Of a stretch of 64,000 bases of DNA, positions 25,397 to 35,971 are shown in pieces. Position numbers and translations under genes: made by a program. Source of the stretch: Macrostomum lignano. Taxonomy: Eukaryota. The stretch is from positions 316,303 to 380,302 of the forward strand of contig NIVC01000302.1 of the NCBI GenBank assembly GCA_002269645.1. The letters run 5' to 3'. A model generated the notes under the pieces. The model saw only the letters and a list, made by a program, of their open reading frames with translations. It was not told the DNA's origin and did not search any database. Position 1 is the first letter of the stretch, and every line of letters begins with the position of its first letter.

Positions 25397-28300
25397 TGTA
25401 ATGAAGTCAAGTCGCTTATTCTGGAGTAAACTCAGTTGAGGCAAAACCCTCCACGCTCTGTTTATTTTATAGGCCAAGGGGCACGGTGGCCCGCGCATGT
25501 ACATTACCGTACGTACTGCTAGCTAAGCTTACTAAACAAGCTCCACCCCTACCACGCGGCCCCACCCCATAAGTCATGACACTTTTCCCCTCTCAGAAGA
25601 AGTCCGCTCCCTATCAATCACAGCTCCCGAATTTCGAGTAGGTCAGCTTCTCAGGTGGCCGTCGCCGCGTACAGGCTGCAGTCCGCAGGGCGCGTCTGGC
25701 GGCTCCGGCTCCGGGTGCTCCGCGCCGGTCCCGGTCGAGTCCGCAGCTTCAGCTGGCTTGGTCCCGGCTGCTGGACCGTCAGGTTCGTCGCTCTCGACTC
25801 GCCGGCCCCGCAGTTGGTCGGCATGACGGCGCCAGGTCAGGCCGTCGCTTGTTTCGACTCGGAAGCTCAGCGGCCCAGTCTGCTCGAGAACTTTTGCTGG
25901 TTGCCAGGCCGCCGCATTAGGCCGGTAGTCCCAGGCCTCCGACCACGGCTCCTCTGGCAGCTCCCGCGACCGCCGGTCGTGCTGTCGTTTCTGGGTAGAT
26001 TGCTCCCGCAGTACTCGATCCCGGGCTGACGGCCGCAGCAGGTCCATTCGAGTCCGGAGCTGCCGCTTCAGGAAGAGCTCCGCTGGTGTCCGACCGGTCG
26101 TTGGGTGCGGGCTAGCTCGATAGCCCAGCAGTCAGTTGCACAGCCGGATGTCGAGGTCCGGCTGACTGCTCCGTGACGCCTCCATGGCCATCTTGAACGA
26201 CTTCACCAGCCGTTCCACCAGTCCGTTGGTCTTGGCGTGATATGGACTGCTTCTTGTGTGGCGAATTCCATTTGCTTTGCAGAAATCGCTAAATCCTTGA
26301 CTGATACCAGTTCTCTCGGCAGGCCCCATTGTGCAAACAACACTCGCAGCTTGCGAACCAGCTCGGCTGATTCGAGTGTTGACACGGCCTCCACATGCGG
26401 CCACTTTGAGTGCGCGTCGACTACGAGGAGAAACTGGCGGCCTCGAACCGGCCCGGCAAAGTCAACGTGGATGCGGTCCCAGGGCTGGTCTGGCCACACC
26501 CAGGGGTGCAGTGGAGCCAGCACCGGATGCAACTTAACGGATTGGCAGGCTTGGCAGCTGCTGGCAACCGACTCGATGTCAGCATCCATTCCTGGCCACC
26601 AGACGAAGGTTCTGGCGACACTTTTCATCCGGGCCATGCCGAAATGTTCCACGTGTAACTCGCGCAGAACTCCAGGTCGCAACGCTTCCGGAACCAGTAC
26701 GCGAGTTCCCCAGATCACGCAGCCGTCTTCCACGCTTAGTTCTAGTCGACGACGAAAGTAGGGCTCGAGCCGCGGCGGAACCGACTCTGGCCAGCCAGTC
26801 ATTATCATCCGGAGAACATCTCGAAGCTCGTCATCTCGCCTCGTTGCTGCCGCTACATCCGCCGCCGTCAATGGGAACTCGCCCGTCAGCTGACAGAACC
26901 GATCGTCGTCGTCTGGGCTGTTGTCCTTCATCTGCAGGGGCAAGCGAGACAGGCCGTCTGCGTTGCTGTGCTGAGCAGTCTTGCGGAACCGGATGCTGTA
27001 GCTGTACCCTGACAGCAGCAGTGCCCATCTCTGAAGTCGCCCTGCTGCAGTCGGGGAGATGCCAACCTTCGGTCCGAAAATCGTCGTCAACGGCTGATGA
27101 TCCGTAATTATCGTGAATCTCCAGCCGAACAGGTACTGGTGGAACCGCTTGATAGCAAACACAATGGCGAGGGCTTCTTTCTCAATTTGCGAGTAATTTC
27201 GCTCCGCTGCTGACAGCGTCCTTGAAGCAAAAGTCACCGGCCGTTCCGAGCCGTCCTCCATCGTGTGGGACAGCACCGTGCCGATGCCGACCGATGAAGC
27301 ATCCGCGGCCACCACCACTGGAAGCTGCTCGTTGAAATGCGTCAGCACGCTGTCCGAACTCAGTTCTTGCTTAAGATTGTCCCAGGCTCGGTCCTCCGTC
27401 TCAGCCCACCGCCAGTCCGTCGCCTTCCTCAACAGTTGATACAGAGGAGCAGCGATCGTGGAGAAGTCCTTGACATGTCGAGCATAGTAGTTTGCGAGGC
27501 CCAAGAATGATCGCAGCTCTGATACTGTCACTGGCTTCGGGCTGTTGACTATTGCTTCCACCTTCTGAGGCAGCTTCTTGACTCCGTCCTTGCTCAGCAA
27601 CGAGCCCAGGTATTCGACTTCTCCTTGCAGAAATTTGCACTTGATTCGCTTCAACCGCAAGCTCGCCGCTCTCAGCCTGGTCAGTACCTCGCGAAGCGCT
27701 GCTAGGTGTTCACTCATTGACGGACCGGAGACTAGGATGTCATCAATGCGGCAACAGACTCCCGGCACGCCCTTCAAAAGTGTTTCCATCAGCCTCTGGC
27801 AAATCGCAGGAGTCGAAATGACGCCAAATGGCAACCGGAGGTACTCGAAAAGCCCTTTATGCGTGTTGATGGTCGTCAGCTTGCAGCTCTCTTCGTCGAG
27901 TGGAAACTGAAGATAACATTGTGACAGATCGAGTTTTGAGAACAGCTGACCCTGTCCCACCTGCTCGTAAAGCTCTTCAGGCGTAGGCAGCGGGTACTGG
28001 TCGATGTGGAGCTGAGGGTTCAACGTCAGTTTATAGTCGCCGCACAGTCGGACTGAGCCGTCCGCCTTGAGTACCGGAACCACTGGCGTACCCTTTGTTG
28101 AGCATGTCCTGGAGCTCGAGCTCCAGCTTGTCCCGCACTGCGAATGGCACGGGTCTGGCCTTGCAGAATCGAGGCTGTGCGTCACTTTTAAGTCTCAGTG
28201 CGACTGTCTGATCCTTCAACTGCCCCAGGCTCTCGTCGAAAACATCAGCGAACTCCTCCAGCATCTGGTCGAGAGGCCCGCTGTTCTGCGCCGGCGCCTG

Positions 28301-29637
28301 GCTGATCTGGTTGGCAAACAACTGAGTCCAGTTGAGTCGCACTTTTTCCAGCCAATTGCGTCCTAGCAATGGGCAGGCTCCGGTCTGACTGGTGACCACC
28401 AGCGGCAGCTTATGATGCTGTCTTCCGTCGTAGTTGACCATGACCTCGGCTGTTCCCTTGACTTGTATTGGCTCGCCCGTCCAGGTCCGGAGTCGCAGGC
28501 GTGTTGGTGTCAGCTGAGGTCGGCCGAGCTGCTTCCACAACGACTCTGATACGAGGCTGACGCAGGCACTGGTGTCCAGCTGCATGGTGAGGGGCTGGTC
28601 ATTCACCAGCAGGCTTACGCTGATCTTCTTGGCCGATGCAGTGACTTGCGAAATCCGGCCTGTTGCTGCTTCCTCCTCCTCTTCCGTTTGCATTGCGTGC
28701 GCTGGTCCGTTCTCTGGCCGTCCGGCTTTCGTTGTGCTGGAGGCTTTCTTGGCTGAGCGGCAAACTTTCTGCAGGTGTCCAAATTTCCCGCAGTTGTGGC
28801 ACTTTGCGGTCCTGAAGTGGCACTGTGGCAGGCTGCCGACAGGTGGCCTTTGAATCCGCACCTGTAGCACGCCTTCGAGTCTGGCGCTACCTGCTGGATT
28901 GAGCTGACCTCTGAGCTCGATTTCCACTGCTCAGTTTCCGACTTTGCAATCTCCGCCGCGAGGGCAATTTTCTTGGCCGCATCCAGCGTGAGCTTCTCCT
29001 CCATCAGGAGTCGCTGCTGGGTCCGCTGGTCTCGAAGACTGCAGACGAAACAGTCTCGGAGAGCTTCTTCTCGAAACCCCTCGAACTCGCACGAATCGGC
29101 CAGATTCCGCAGCGCAGCCAGAAATTGAGCAGCCGTCTCTCCGTCCTTTTGTGCTCGCTTGTAGAACTTGAACCGTTCAGCGATTACTGGCTTCTTCGGT
29201 TTGAAGTACTTTTGAAGGTGCTCGGTGAGGGCGCTGTATTGCAGATCTGTTGGCTTGGTCGGACTGCAGAGATCCCGCAGGACTGCGTAGCATCGTTCGC
29301 CAATCAATGTCAGAAACACTGCCTTCTTCTTGTCGTCGCCTTCTATGCCGTTTGCAAGCATGTAAGAGTCCATTCGCTCTTGATAGGCGTCCCAATCTTT
29401 GCCTTCTTCGTAAGGCTCTAGTTGTCCAACTGAAGCCATTCTCGTCGCCAATTGTAATGAAGTCAAGTCGCTTATTCTGGAGTAAACTCAGTTGAGGCAA
29501 AACCCTCCACGCTCTATATATATTATAGGCCAAGGGGCACGGTGGCCCGCGCATGTACATTAACGTACGTACTGCTAAAAAGGCTTACTAAACAAGCTCC
29601 ACCCCTACCATGCGGCCCCACCCCATAAGTCATGACA
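25397..29637 (-). mobile_element. Ty3/Gypsy LTR retrotransposon (Mag-like), defective
   Basis: LTRs 25397-25581 and 29453-29637 (TG...CA, ~185 bp, several differences); 5-bp TSD GCATC; PBS TGGCGACGAG next to the 5' LTR (complementary to a tRNA-Ser(GCT)-type 3' end); PPT gagaggggaaaag; gag with CCHC knuckles, protease LDTSAC, RT YIDD-like CRIDD, RNase H DASSVGIG, integrase; frameshifts near 28830 and 28090 and a deletion at the integrase LVSDNG motif. Confidence 0.95.
26203..29439 (-). pseudogene. Gypsy gag-pol, frameshifted
   Basis: Gag ATG at 29439 (MASVGQLEPYEEG); protease, RT, RNase H and integrase spread over three frames (28615-29466, 28031-28927, 26203-28185); the integrase C-terminal part continues in another frame down to ~25643. 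Confidence 0.88.
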
Positions 29638-31039
29638 GCATCTGCCGAAGATTGTGACTGACCCCAACTGGTTCTTGGTCCATTGCTTACAAATTTTCTT
29701 GTACATAATATGAGTCCAGTCTCGACTTCTGCCCCTTCTGATAATAGTATCCCAGAATTCTGACTATCGACTGAATTTATTAATTAGCTCTTTGCTCATT
29801 GAAGCAGCGCGTTGCGAGTTGCGACACACAGATTCGGCACCAAATGCGTTGGACTGGTGGGCCGCAACAGTGCAATCCTTATTCTAGCACAATTTTTGGA
29901 CAATATGGTTGCGCGCTCTGCCCCACTGACAAAACTTATTTAAGCGCACAGGACAGTTTGGAAGCTGCATTGGCGCGGCGCAGTCACAATTTTAGCTAGT
30001 TCGTCTTGTAGCGACTGGCTGCAAACTACGAGCGTAGTTATGTCGCAGCATTCACTAGCCTTTCCTAGGGACTGTGTTCCGCTGCACAGCAGTCCAGTCC
30101 GCCTGATCTAGGGAGAGATGCCCTGTGCTGGGCCTAAGTGTTTACTGCCCGATCGCCCGAGCAGGCGTGCAGGTGGCCACACACAATGATTTCCCCACCC
30201 GCGTTGAAGAGGAGAAGCAGGATGACTCACCCCCTGCTCACCCGCGTGCAGAGTGTAATGGCTGTCTGGAGGGAGTAAACAGGATGACTCATCCACCCAA
30301 ATATTTTTAGCATATAAAAGCACGTGACTGTGCATGCATAGAGTGAGGCATTTGACCTTGAGTCACGCCAATGTTGCCTGACAGTTTGCCTTATTTGGAA
30401 GTTGGCCTTGAATCACGCCTCTCTTGCATGACTCTGAGGTCCAAATAAGAAAGTTTCACGCGCTCATCGCATGGAACTCACGTGACTTTCGGGGCTCGCT
30501 CGGCTATAAATACGGAGCACCTGGAAGCTGTTTTTCCTCAACCGGAGTTTCCTCCCTGCCTCCGCCGGCAAGGAGCTCCCCCTCTCTCATTTCAGGCTTA
30601 CAGGTTCGCACAGCAATTGTAGGAACATCTCCGATCAACTGTCGAGACATTTTCAGATTTGTCTTGCTCCGAGCGACTTTTTATTTATTTCAGGTTACGG
30701 ATATACAAATCTTCCGACGAGTCGAGTCCGCAAACCAAGGTGGCAGCAGCCCTACCAAGTCTAAGGCTAACGTTTTAGGTTCTTCTCAGGCAAATCGATA
30801 GATAGTACTGCGGTACTATCTAGCAACTCCCAGAGCAGCGAGTTCAATTTAGGTACAACTGACAGAACTCGGGAAGGAGCGCAACAGCCTTATTTGCGTT
30901 TTTCACATATTTGCAAGTAAAAAGCTATACTACTGTCTACCTAACAAAGGCTCTGGGCATCGTTTTAGGTCTTTTTTGTCAGAAACGCTACAGATAATTG
31001 GACGTTTATAGCATGCAGTGTTGTAGCCTAGGAGGGGGT

Positions 31040-31200
31040 TGCAGTAGCCTAGTAGTGATTAGAGCGTCGGGGGTTCGATTCTCGACCCACTCGGAGCAAT
31101 TTGTGTCCTTGAACAAGACCACTTAACTCTGCATTGCTTCAGTTCATCCAGCTGTAAAAAAATGGGTGCCAGCATTAGCTGGGGTAATTGAGGGCGTGTG
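31040..31200 (+). mobile_element. tRNA-derived SINE (family B), partial
   Basis: B-box ggggttcgattc followed by ccttgaacaagaccacttaactctgcattgcttcagttcatccagctgtaaaaaaatgggtgccagcattagct; matches the minus-strand copy at 43235-43420. Confidence 0.8.
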
Positions 31201-31480
31201 GCGTGATCTACTGCGCCGTCGGCGACTCCAGCTCGCAGGCCATCTCATCCGCGCCGAGTCGTACTGCCCACAGCCGATGCAGGAGGTGCTGCTGCTCACG
31301 CTGCAGGCACCCTACCGGCGAGGTCAAGCGCGAACTCGGCGTTATGTCGACTGTCTACTAGCTAGCGCCGGCGCCCCGGACACTGCCGGTGGCGCGGCCT
31401 TTGTTCGCGCCTAAGCCATGAAGAGCGCCCTGTGACGCTGACTTTTGCCATCCTGACAGCGTATTTTGTTGTTGTTGTTA
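31200..31480 (+). mobile_element. 5'-truncated RTE-like LINE 3' end
   Basis: RRRRLQLAGHLIR..VLLLT..RRGQARTRRYVD resembles the C-terminus of RTE-clade ORF2; ends in a short (TTG)n tail. Confidence 0.65.
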
Positions 31481-31617
31481 TATGAGTATGATTCTTATAA
31501 CCCACAAGTCTAGCTTAGAGCACCAAGCAGACAAGATCGCAAACAGTTCACTTCTTCTGTGTTCTCTGGATCTTTTATTTCTTTCTTCAAATTAAATTGT
31601 CAATTGAGTTATACAAG

Positions 31618-31752
31618 ATGCCGACGAAGTGTTGCGTTCCAGGCTGCACCAGCAACTACAAAAGCGGTAAAAGGTGCACCGTGTATACTTTTCCGAAAGA
31701 AGAGGCTGAAATTGACTCCTGGATAAAGGCTTTGACCATTGCTTCTATATAA
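31618..31752 (+). pseudogene. Truncated THAP-domain fragment (P-element-like transposase remnant)
   Basis: MPTKCCVPGCTSNYKSGKRCTVYTFPKEEAEIDSWIKAL matches the THAP N-terminal CxxxxC...FP...W pattern; stop after 44 codons, before the distal C/H ligands. Confidence 0.6.
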
Positions 31753-32530
31753 ATATAAATATTTTGTCGGAACACATGCATATAAAAAGCTTTATTCATT
31801 AGACTTTAATTTCTATTCATGTATTATACACATTGCTTCAAATAGCAAACAGGCCACTAAAACCATAGACACACATTCAAATCGGCCTTTTAGAATTCTG
31901 CCAATATTTCCAAGTGTAACGTCCTGTGTTCTTAAGTAGTCCTTGGTAATCAGTTGATATTATTATTACAATTCATACTACTTAAAATTGCGCCAATACA
32001 CAGAAATGTACGATCCTGGTCCGCACTTACGCATGCAGTTTCTTTCAGATTATCTGAATTGAAATATTCAGAAAATCATAGATTTGCGAGTTTACAAACT
32101 GAGAAGAGAAGGTAAAGAACAGAAAATAACTTTTCAAACAATTTTGTAACTTGTAGGTGACAAATTTTCCAAACTAGAATCCAAACATAGCATAAAATCA
32201 AGTCCGCGCTGACAACTAAACCTCTTTGACGCCTCGCACATGCCAGTGTCCCACGAACTGTTTTGAACTCTACACAATTTAGTAGCCTAAAAACCAAGGA
32301 AAATCTGCACTGCATGCCAGAGTTCGATTCGCAGCCAGGTGACCTCGGACAACCAATTAATTGACAAGTTTGACGGGCCGTGGGCGAAGCAGGAGTGTCC
32401 GAGACAGCGTCACCTGCAGCGGCACAGCGGTATTATAAATAAAGGCACGGCTGGCCGAGTCAAAACCATATTCATCAGCTAACTAGAACAAGCCTTCCAC
32501 ATCAGCGCCAAAGCACACAACAGCACAGCC

Positions 32531-32818
32531 ATGTACAAGCTCGCCTGCCTGTTCGCTCTCGTGGCCTTCGCCGCCGCCTCCTACACCCCTGAGCAGAAGA
32601 ATGAGGTCATTAACGACATCATTCACGAGGTCGTGCCCGTGCTGAGCATCGACACCAACTGCCTGAAGCAGAACGGCATCAGCTCCGCGACCTGCCTGAT
32701 CTCCAACCTGATCACCTGCTTCTTCTCCGGCGGCACCAACATCAGCAAGCTGGCCACCTGCCTGGCCAGCAAGTGCGGCGGCAGCGCCATCCAGATCATC
32801 AGCTGCATCAAGCTGTAA
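32531..32818 (+). CDS. Small secreted cysteine-rich protein (95 aa), family unknown
   Basis: Signal peptide MYKLACLFALVAFAAA, six Cys in the mature part, strongly C/G-ending codons, TATA box tataaataaa ~32434, AATAAA ~32851; single exon. Confidence 0.85.
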   Translation: MYKLACLFALVAFAAASYTPEQKNEVINDIIHEVVPVLSIDTNCLKQNGISSATCLISNLITCFFSGGTNISKLATCLASKCGGSAIQIISCIKL

Positions 32819-33815
32819 AATAGTTCGAATAACCCGAACTGTCCTGTGCTAAATAAACAAACGCGATCAAGATTTGTTTGGCGTTTGATCGGAGGCACCG
32901 GTTAAAACAAAAACATTTGTGTTTGTTATTTGCATACTTCTCTTCCTGCTAGAAGCTTCGTTTTTATAGTAGCAATCTACTTAAGAGATGAGCCCATAGG
33001 ATAGTTAATAATATTAATGAGATCCTATCCTATTTACCGGGAATTGAGATAGAATTCAGCAGTTTAAAGCTGAAGCTGAAAGTAGAATTCTATTTTCTAC
33101 TTACAATAGTAGAAAATAGAAATATAGCATGGGGTGCCCATCCAAGGGCTGTGTGCTAATGTGTTCAGTGTACTTTTCGTGAAAAAAAACTTGCATTTCC
33201 ACTGGAGCTAAGACCCATCACAGTAAGATGAGTTCATGGACAACTGACGAAGATTGGAAGAATGACGCTAAACTGGGTTTTCTTAGAAATCTGCTGCATG
33301 GAGGCCCGTCAGGAACGTATATAATGATATATTCTTCTGTAGAAACATTGCTATGCGCTTTCGTCTATGGCATTAATTGGCGCCGGAAGGAGTCTAGGAG
33401 GGGGGAGAGTGAGAATGGGGGTGTGGGGGCGAAGGCCCCACTTTCTACAATGAAATGTAAATAAATTTTTGTCTATGGCCCACATCGACATTAATATGCA
33501 CTGTAGTTTTTTGACCCCATAAAGAGGGAGACAGAAGGTTTAAGAGAGCTATTATAAGAGAGTCGTATATTGCTAGTGCATTTAGTATGCTCTTCTTTAT
33601 ATAGAGAACGCATAGCCCTGAATTGCCATAGGTTTTGCCATAGACAAGTTCGGTCAACAACTCCTTGTGAGCGTCATTTCACTTTCAGTATTTTTACGAT
33701 AAATAAACAAACAATAGCGGGGTGGCGTTAACAAGTCACTCAAGCATTTATTGCCCTAGCACTGGTATAAATGGGGAGTATATACCATATTTTTCTATTA
33801 TTTTTATGTTGGCTA

Positions 33816-34330
33816 CTACACCATTTTACCCTCGATTTTGAACAAGGAGAACTTCGAAACTGACAAACTCCTCTTCAATATTGACACTCTATGGTCGGGC
33901 ACTCAAAATCTACAATCAATATTGACAGATCAAGCTTCAATTTTGACAAACTCTGGTTCAATTTTGACAATGCACGTTTAGTCAACTTTTCCTGGGAGAA
34001 TTCGGTAACAAAGTAATCCAATGAAAGCCTGAACGGGGCTGAAGTGAGCTGTGCAAAATCAGCTTATTCTGACTTTGCTTTTTGGATCTACAAGTATTGA
34101 TAAAATTTATTTTTCTCCATCCTTTAGACACCCAGACTAAAATAGCCTGACTGGTTGGGCTGCAAAGTCCGATTCTATTTTGACAGAGTTGCTTCAAAAC
34201 TGACACTCTATGGTTTGTGTACCCAAAAAGTCCGCTTCATTTTTGACAACTCCGAATCAATATTGAACAGTTTACAATCGATTTTGACTAAGACATTTTT
34301 AAAATTAGATTTGACCATTTGCAGGACAAC
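33816..34330. mobile_element. Remnant carrying the same terminal sequence as the Tc1-like element at 20079, followed by a degenerate short repeat
   Basis: tacaccattttaccctcgattttgaacaa resembles the 20079 terminus; ttttgaca-based repeats follow. Confidence 0.4.
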
Positions 34331-34724
34331 CCATTACCTACAGTTAAAACTCTAACCCGTTCAGTAATTGGCTATCGCCATGTTCTAAGTGAATTCCAAA
34401 TCCTGGCTCACCCTCCTCCCCAGCATTCTCGTCGTCGTAGTCGCTTCCATGTTCGAGCTCGTCGGCGAATGCAACTGATCCTCGGCTCGCCTTGTGGCGT
34501 CTCTTTGGCGCGTCCGGCCTCGTTGACGCCTGCTCCATCATCTGACGCTGCGTGACGCTGCACAAATATGCAATCGCCGTTCTTCAGACCCTTTCGAGTG
34601 TTGGAAAGGAATATAGAATTAAAATTATAGTAGTTGTAATAGTAGTAGTGCTCTTTTACCTTGGGGTTGCGATAGGGGCCTCGCGGCCTATTCGCGGCGC
34701 CTGCGCCCCCCGTCAGTAGTAAGT

Positions 34725-34976
<252 letters not shown>

Positions 34977-34977
<1 letters not shown>

Positions 34978-35739
34978 CATCCGCGCCGGTGTTCTTCACC
35001 TGCTAATTAGCTCCTTGTAGCGCCTTCTTGGGAGTTTTCCGGGCTCTGATGGCGCACACATTTGAGCTACTGCTCCGAGAGGCGCCTTGCCTGTGCGCGA
35101 GTCCTCATCAAAACCGTTCGTTTGACAGCGCAATGAGAGACCCGGAGGTCCTGCAGGCGCTGAGAGACAACTGCAGTCAGACCAAGCCTGATCTGTAACT
35201 GTCTGCTTCAGCGCCTCCCGAATCACCAAAGAACCGCTGAAGTTTGCAAACCTGCCTGCGAGCCCGCAGTTCGCAACCATTTACTTGATAAGCTGCAAAC
35301 CCAATGCTGATTCCGCCTTCATATTTTGGTTTATTTAACTGACCAAAGCTCTCCCTATCGACCATTTGATAGTTCGATTTTGTAAACAACCTGCAAAGGT
35401 TTTTAAAACTGCATGCGCATAAAATGCTTAAAATCAGCCAGTCTTACTGCTTAGCTACTTGTAGCAGTATGCTGAGCGCATAGCCAGCTTTCTAATCGGT
35501 ACACAAGCAGCCTCTCCTGCACCGTCCCGCGCTTTGCTCCCGCTGCAGCACAATGTTGCTATCCAATTCGCATGTTTTCAATAGAAGCATCTGCCGAAGA
35601 TTGTGACTGACCCCAACTGGTTCTTGGTCCATTGCTTACAAATTTTCTTGTACATAATGTGAGCCCAGTCTCGACTTCTGCCCCTTCTGATTGTAGTGTC
35701 CCAGAATTCTGACTATCGACTGAATTTATTGATTAGCTT
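34977..35739. repeat. Dispersed ~760-bp repeat, copy B (uninterrupted; empty site for the Gypsy element)
   Basis: Contains a single GCATC at 35587-35591 where copy A has the LTR element. Confidence 0.9.
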
Positions 35740-35971
35740 AAAGTGAACTCAGACAAGCCGTGTTAATCTTTATGTGACACACGAAATTTATCAGAATCCA
35801 CCAGATGTAGCTCTTAGCTATGCAGTTTCAAAGATAGAATCTTAACCGATTTTCTGGCATTGCAATTTACTGTTTCAAGAAATATGATTTTCTGTGACAA
35901 ACATAATATTGTCAGTTTGAGACTTTTATTGAGATCAAAGTTTGGCAGTCTTCTCAGTCCGATGAGAATCA

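Larger units (their letters stand above)
24783..29790. repeat. Dispersed ~760-bp repeat, copy A (24783-25396 plus 29643-29790), split by the Gypsy insertion
   Basis: Near-identical to 34977-35739 once the LTR element and one copy of GCATC are removed. Confidence 0.9.

Noticed and set aside
29840-30000. hAT dimerisation-domain remnant (LDWWAA...)
   Set aside because: Only weak motif resemblance across frameshifts; cannot be supported without an HMM search.
30330-30800. Solo LTR or promoter-like segment with ctataaatac
   Set aside because: No TG...CA boundaries, TSD or second copy found.
31013-32316. catgcagtg inverted pair as TIRs around the THAP fragment
   Set aside because: Only 9 bp and no target-site duplication.
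33445-33660. Hydrophobic minus-strand ORF as the missing nAChR transmembrane exon
   Set aside because: Lacks TM1/TM2 signatures, is AT-rich and unlike the gene's codon usage.
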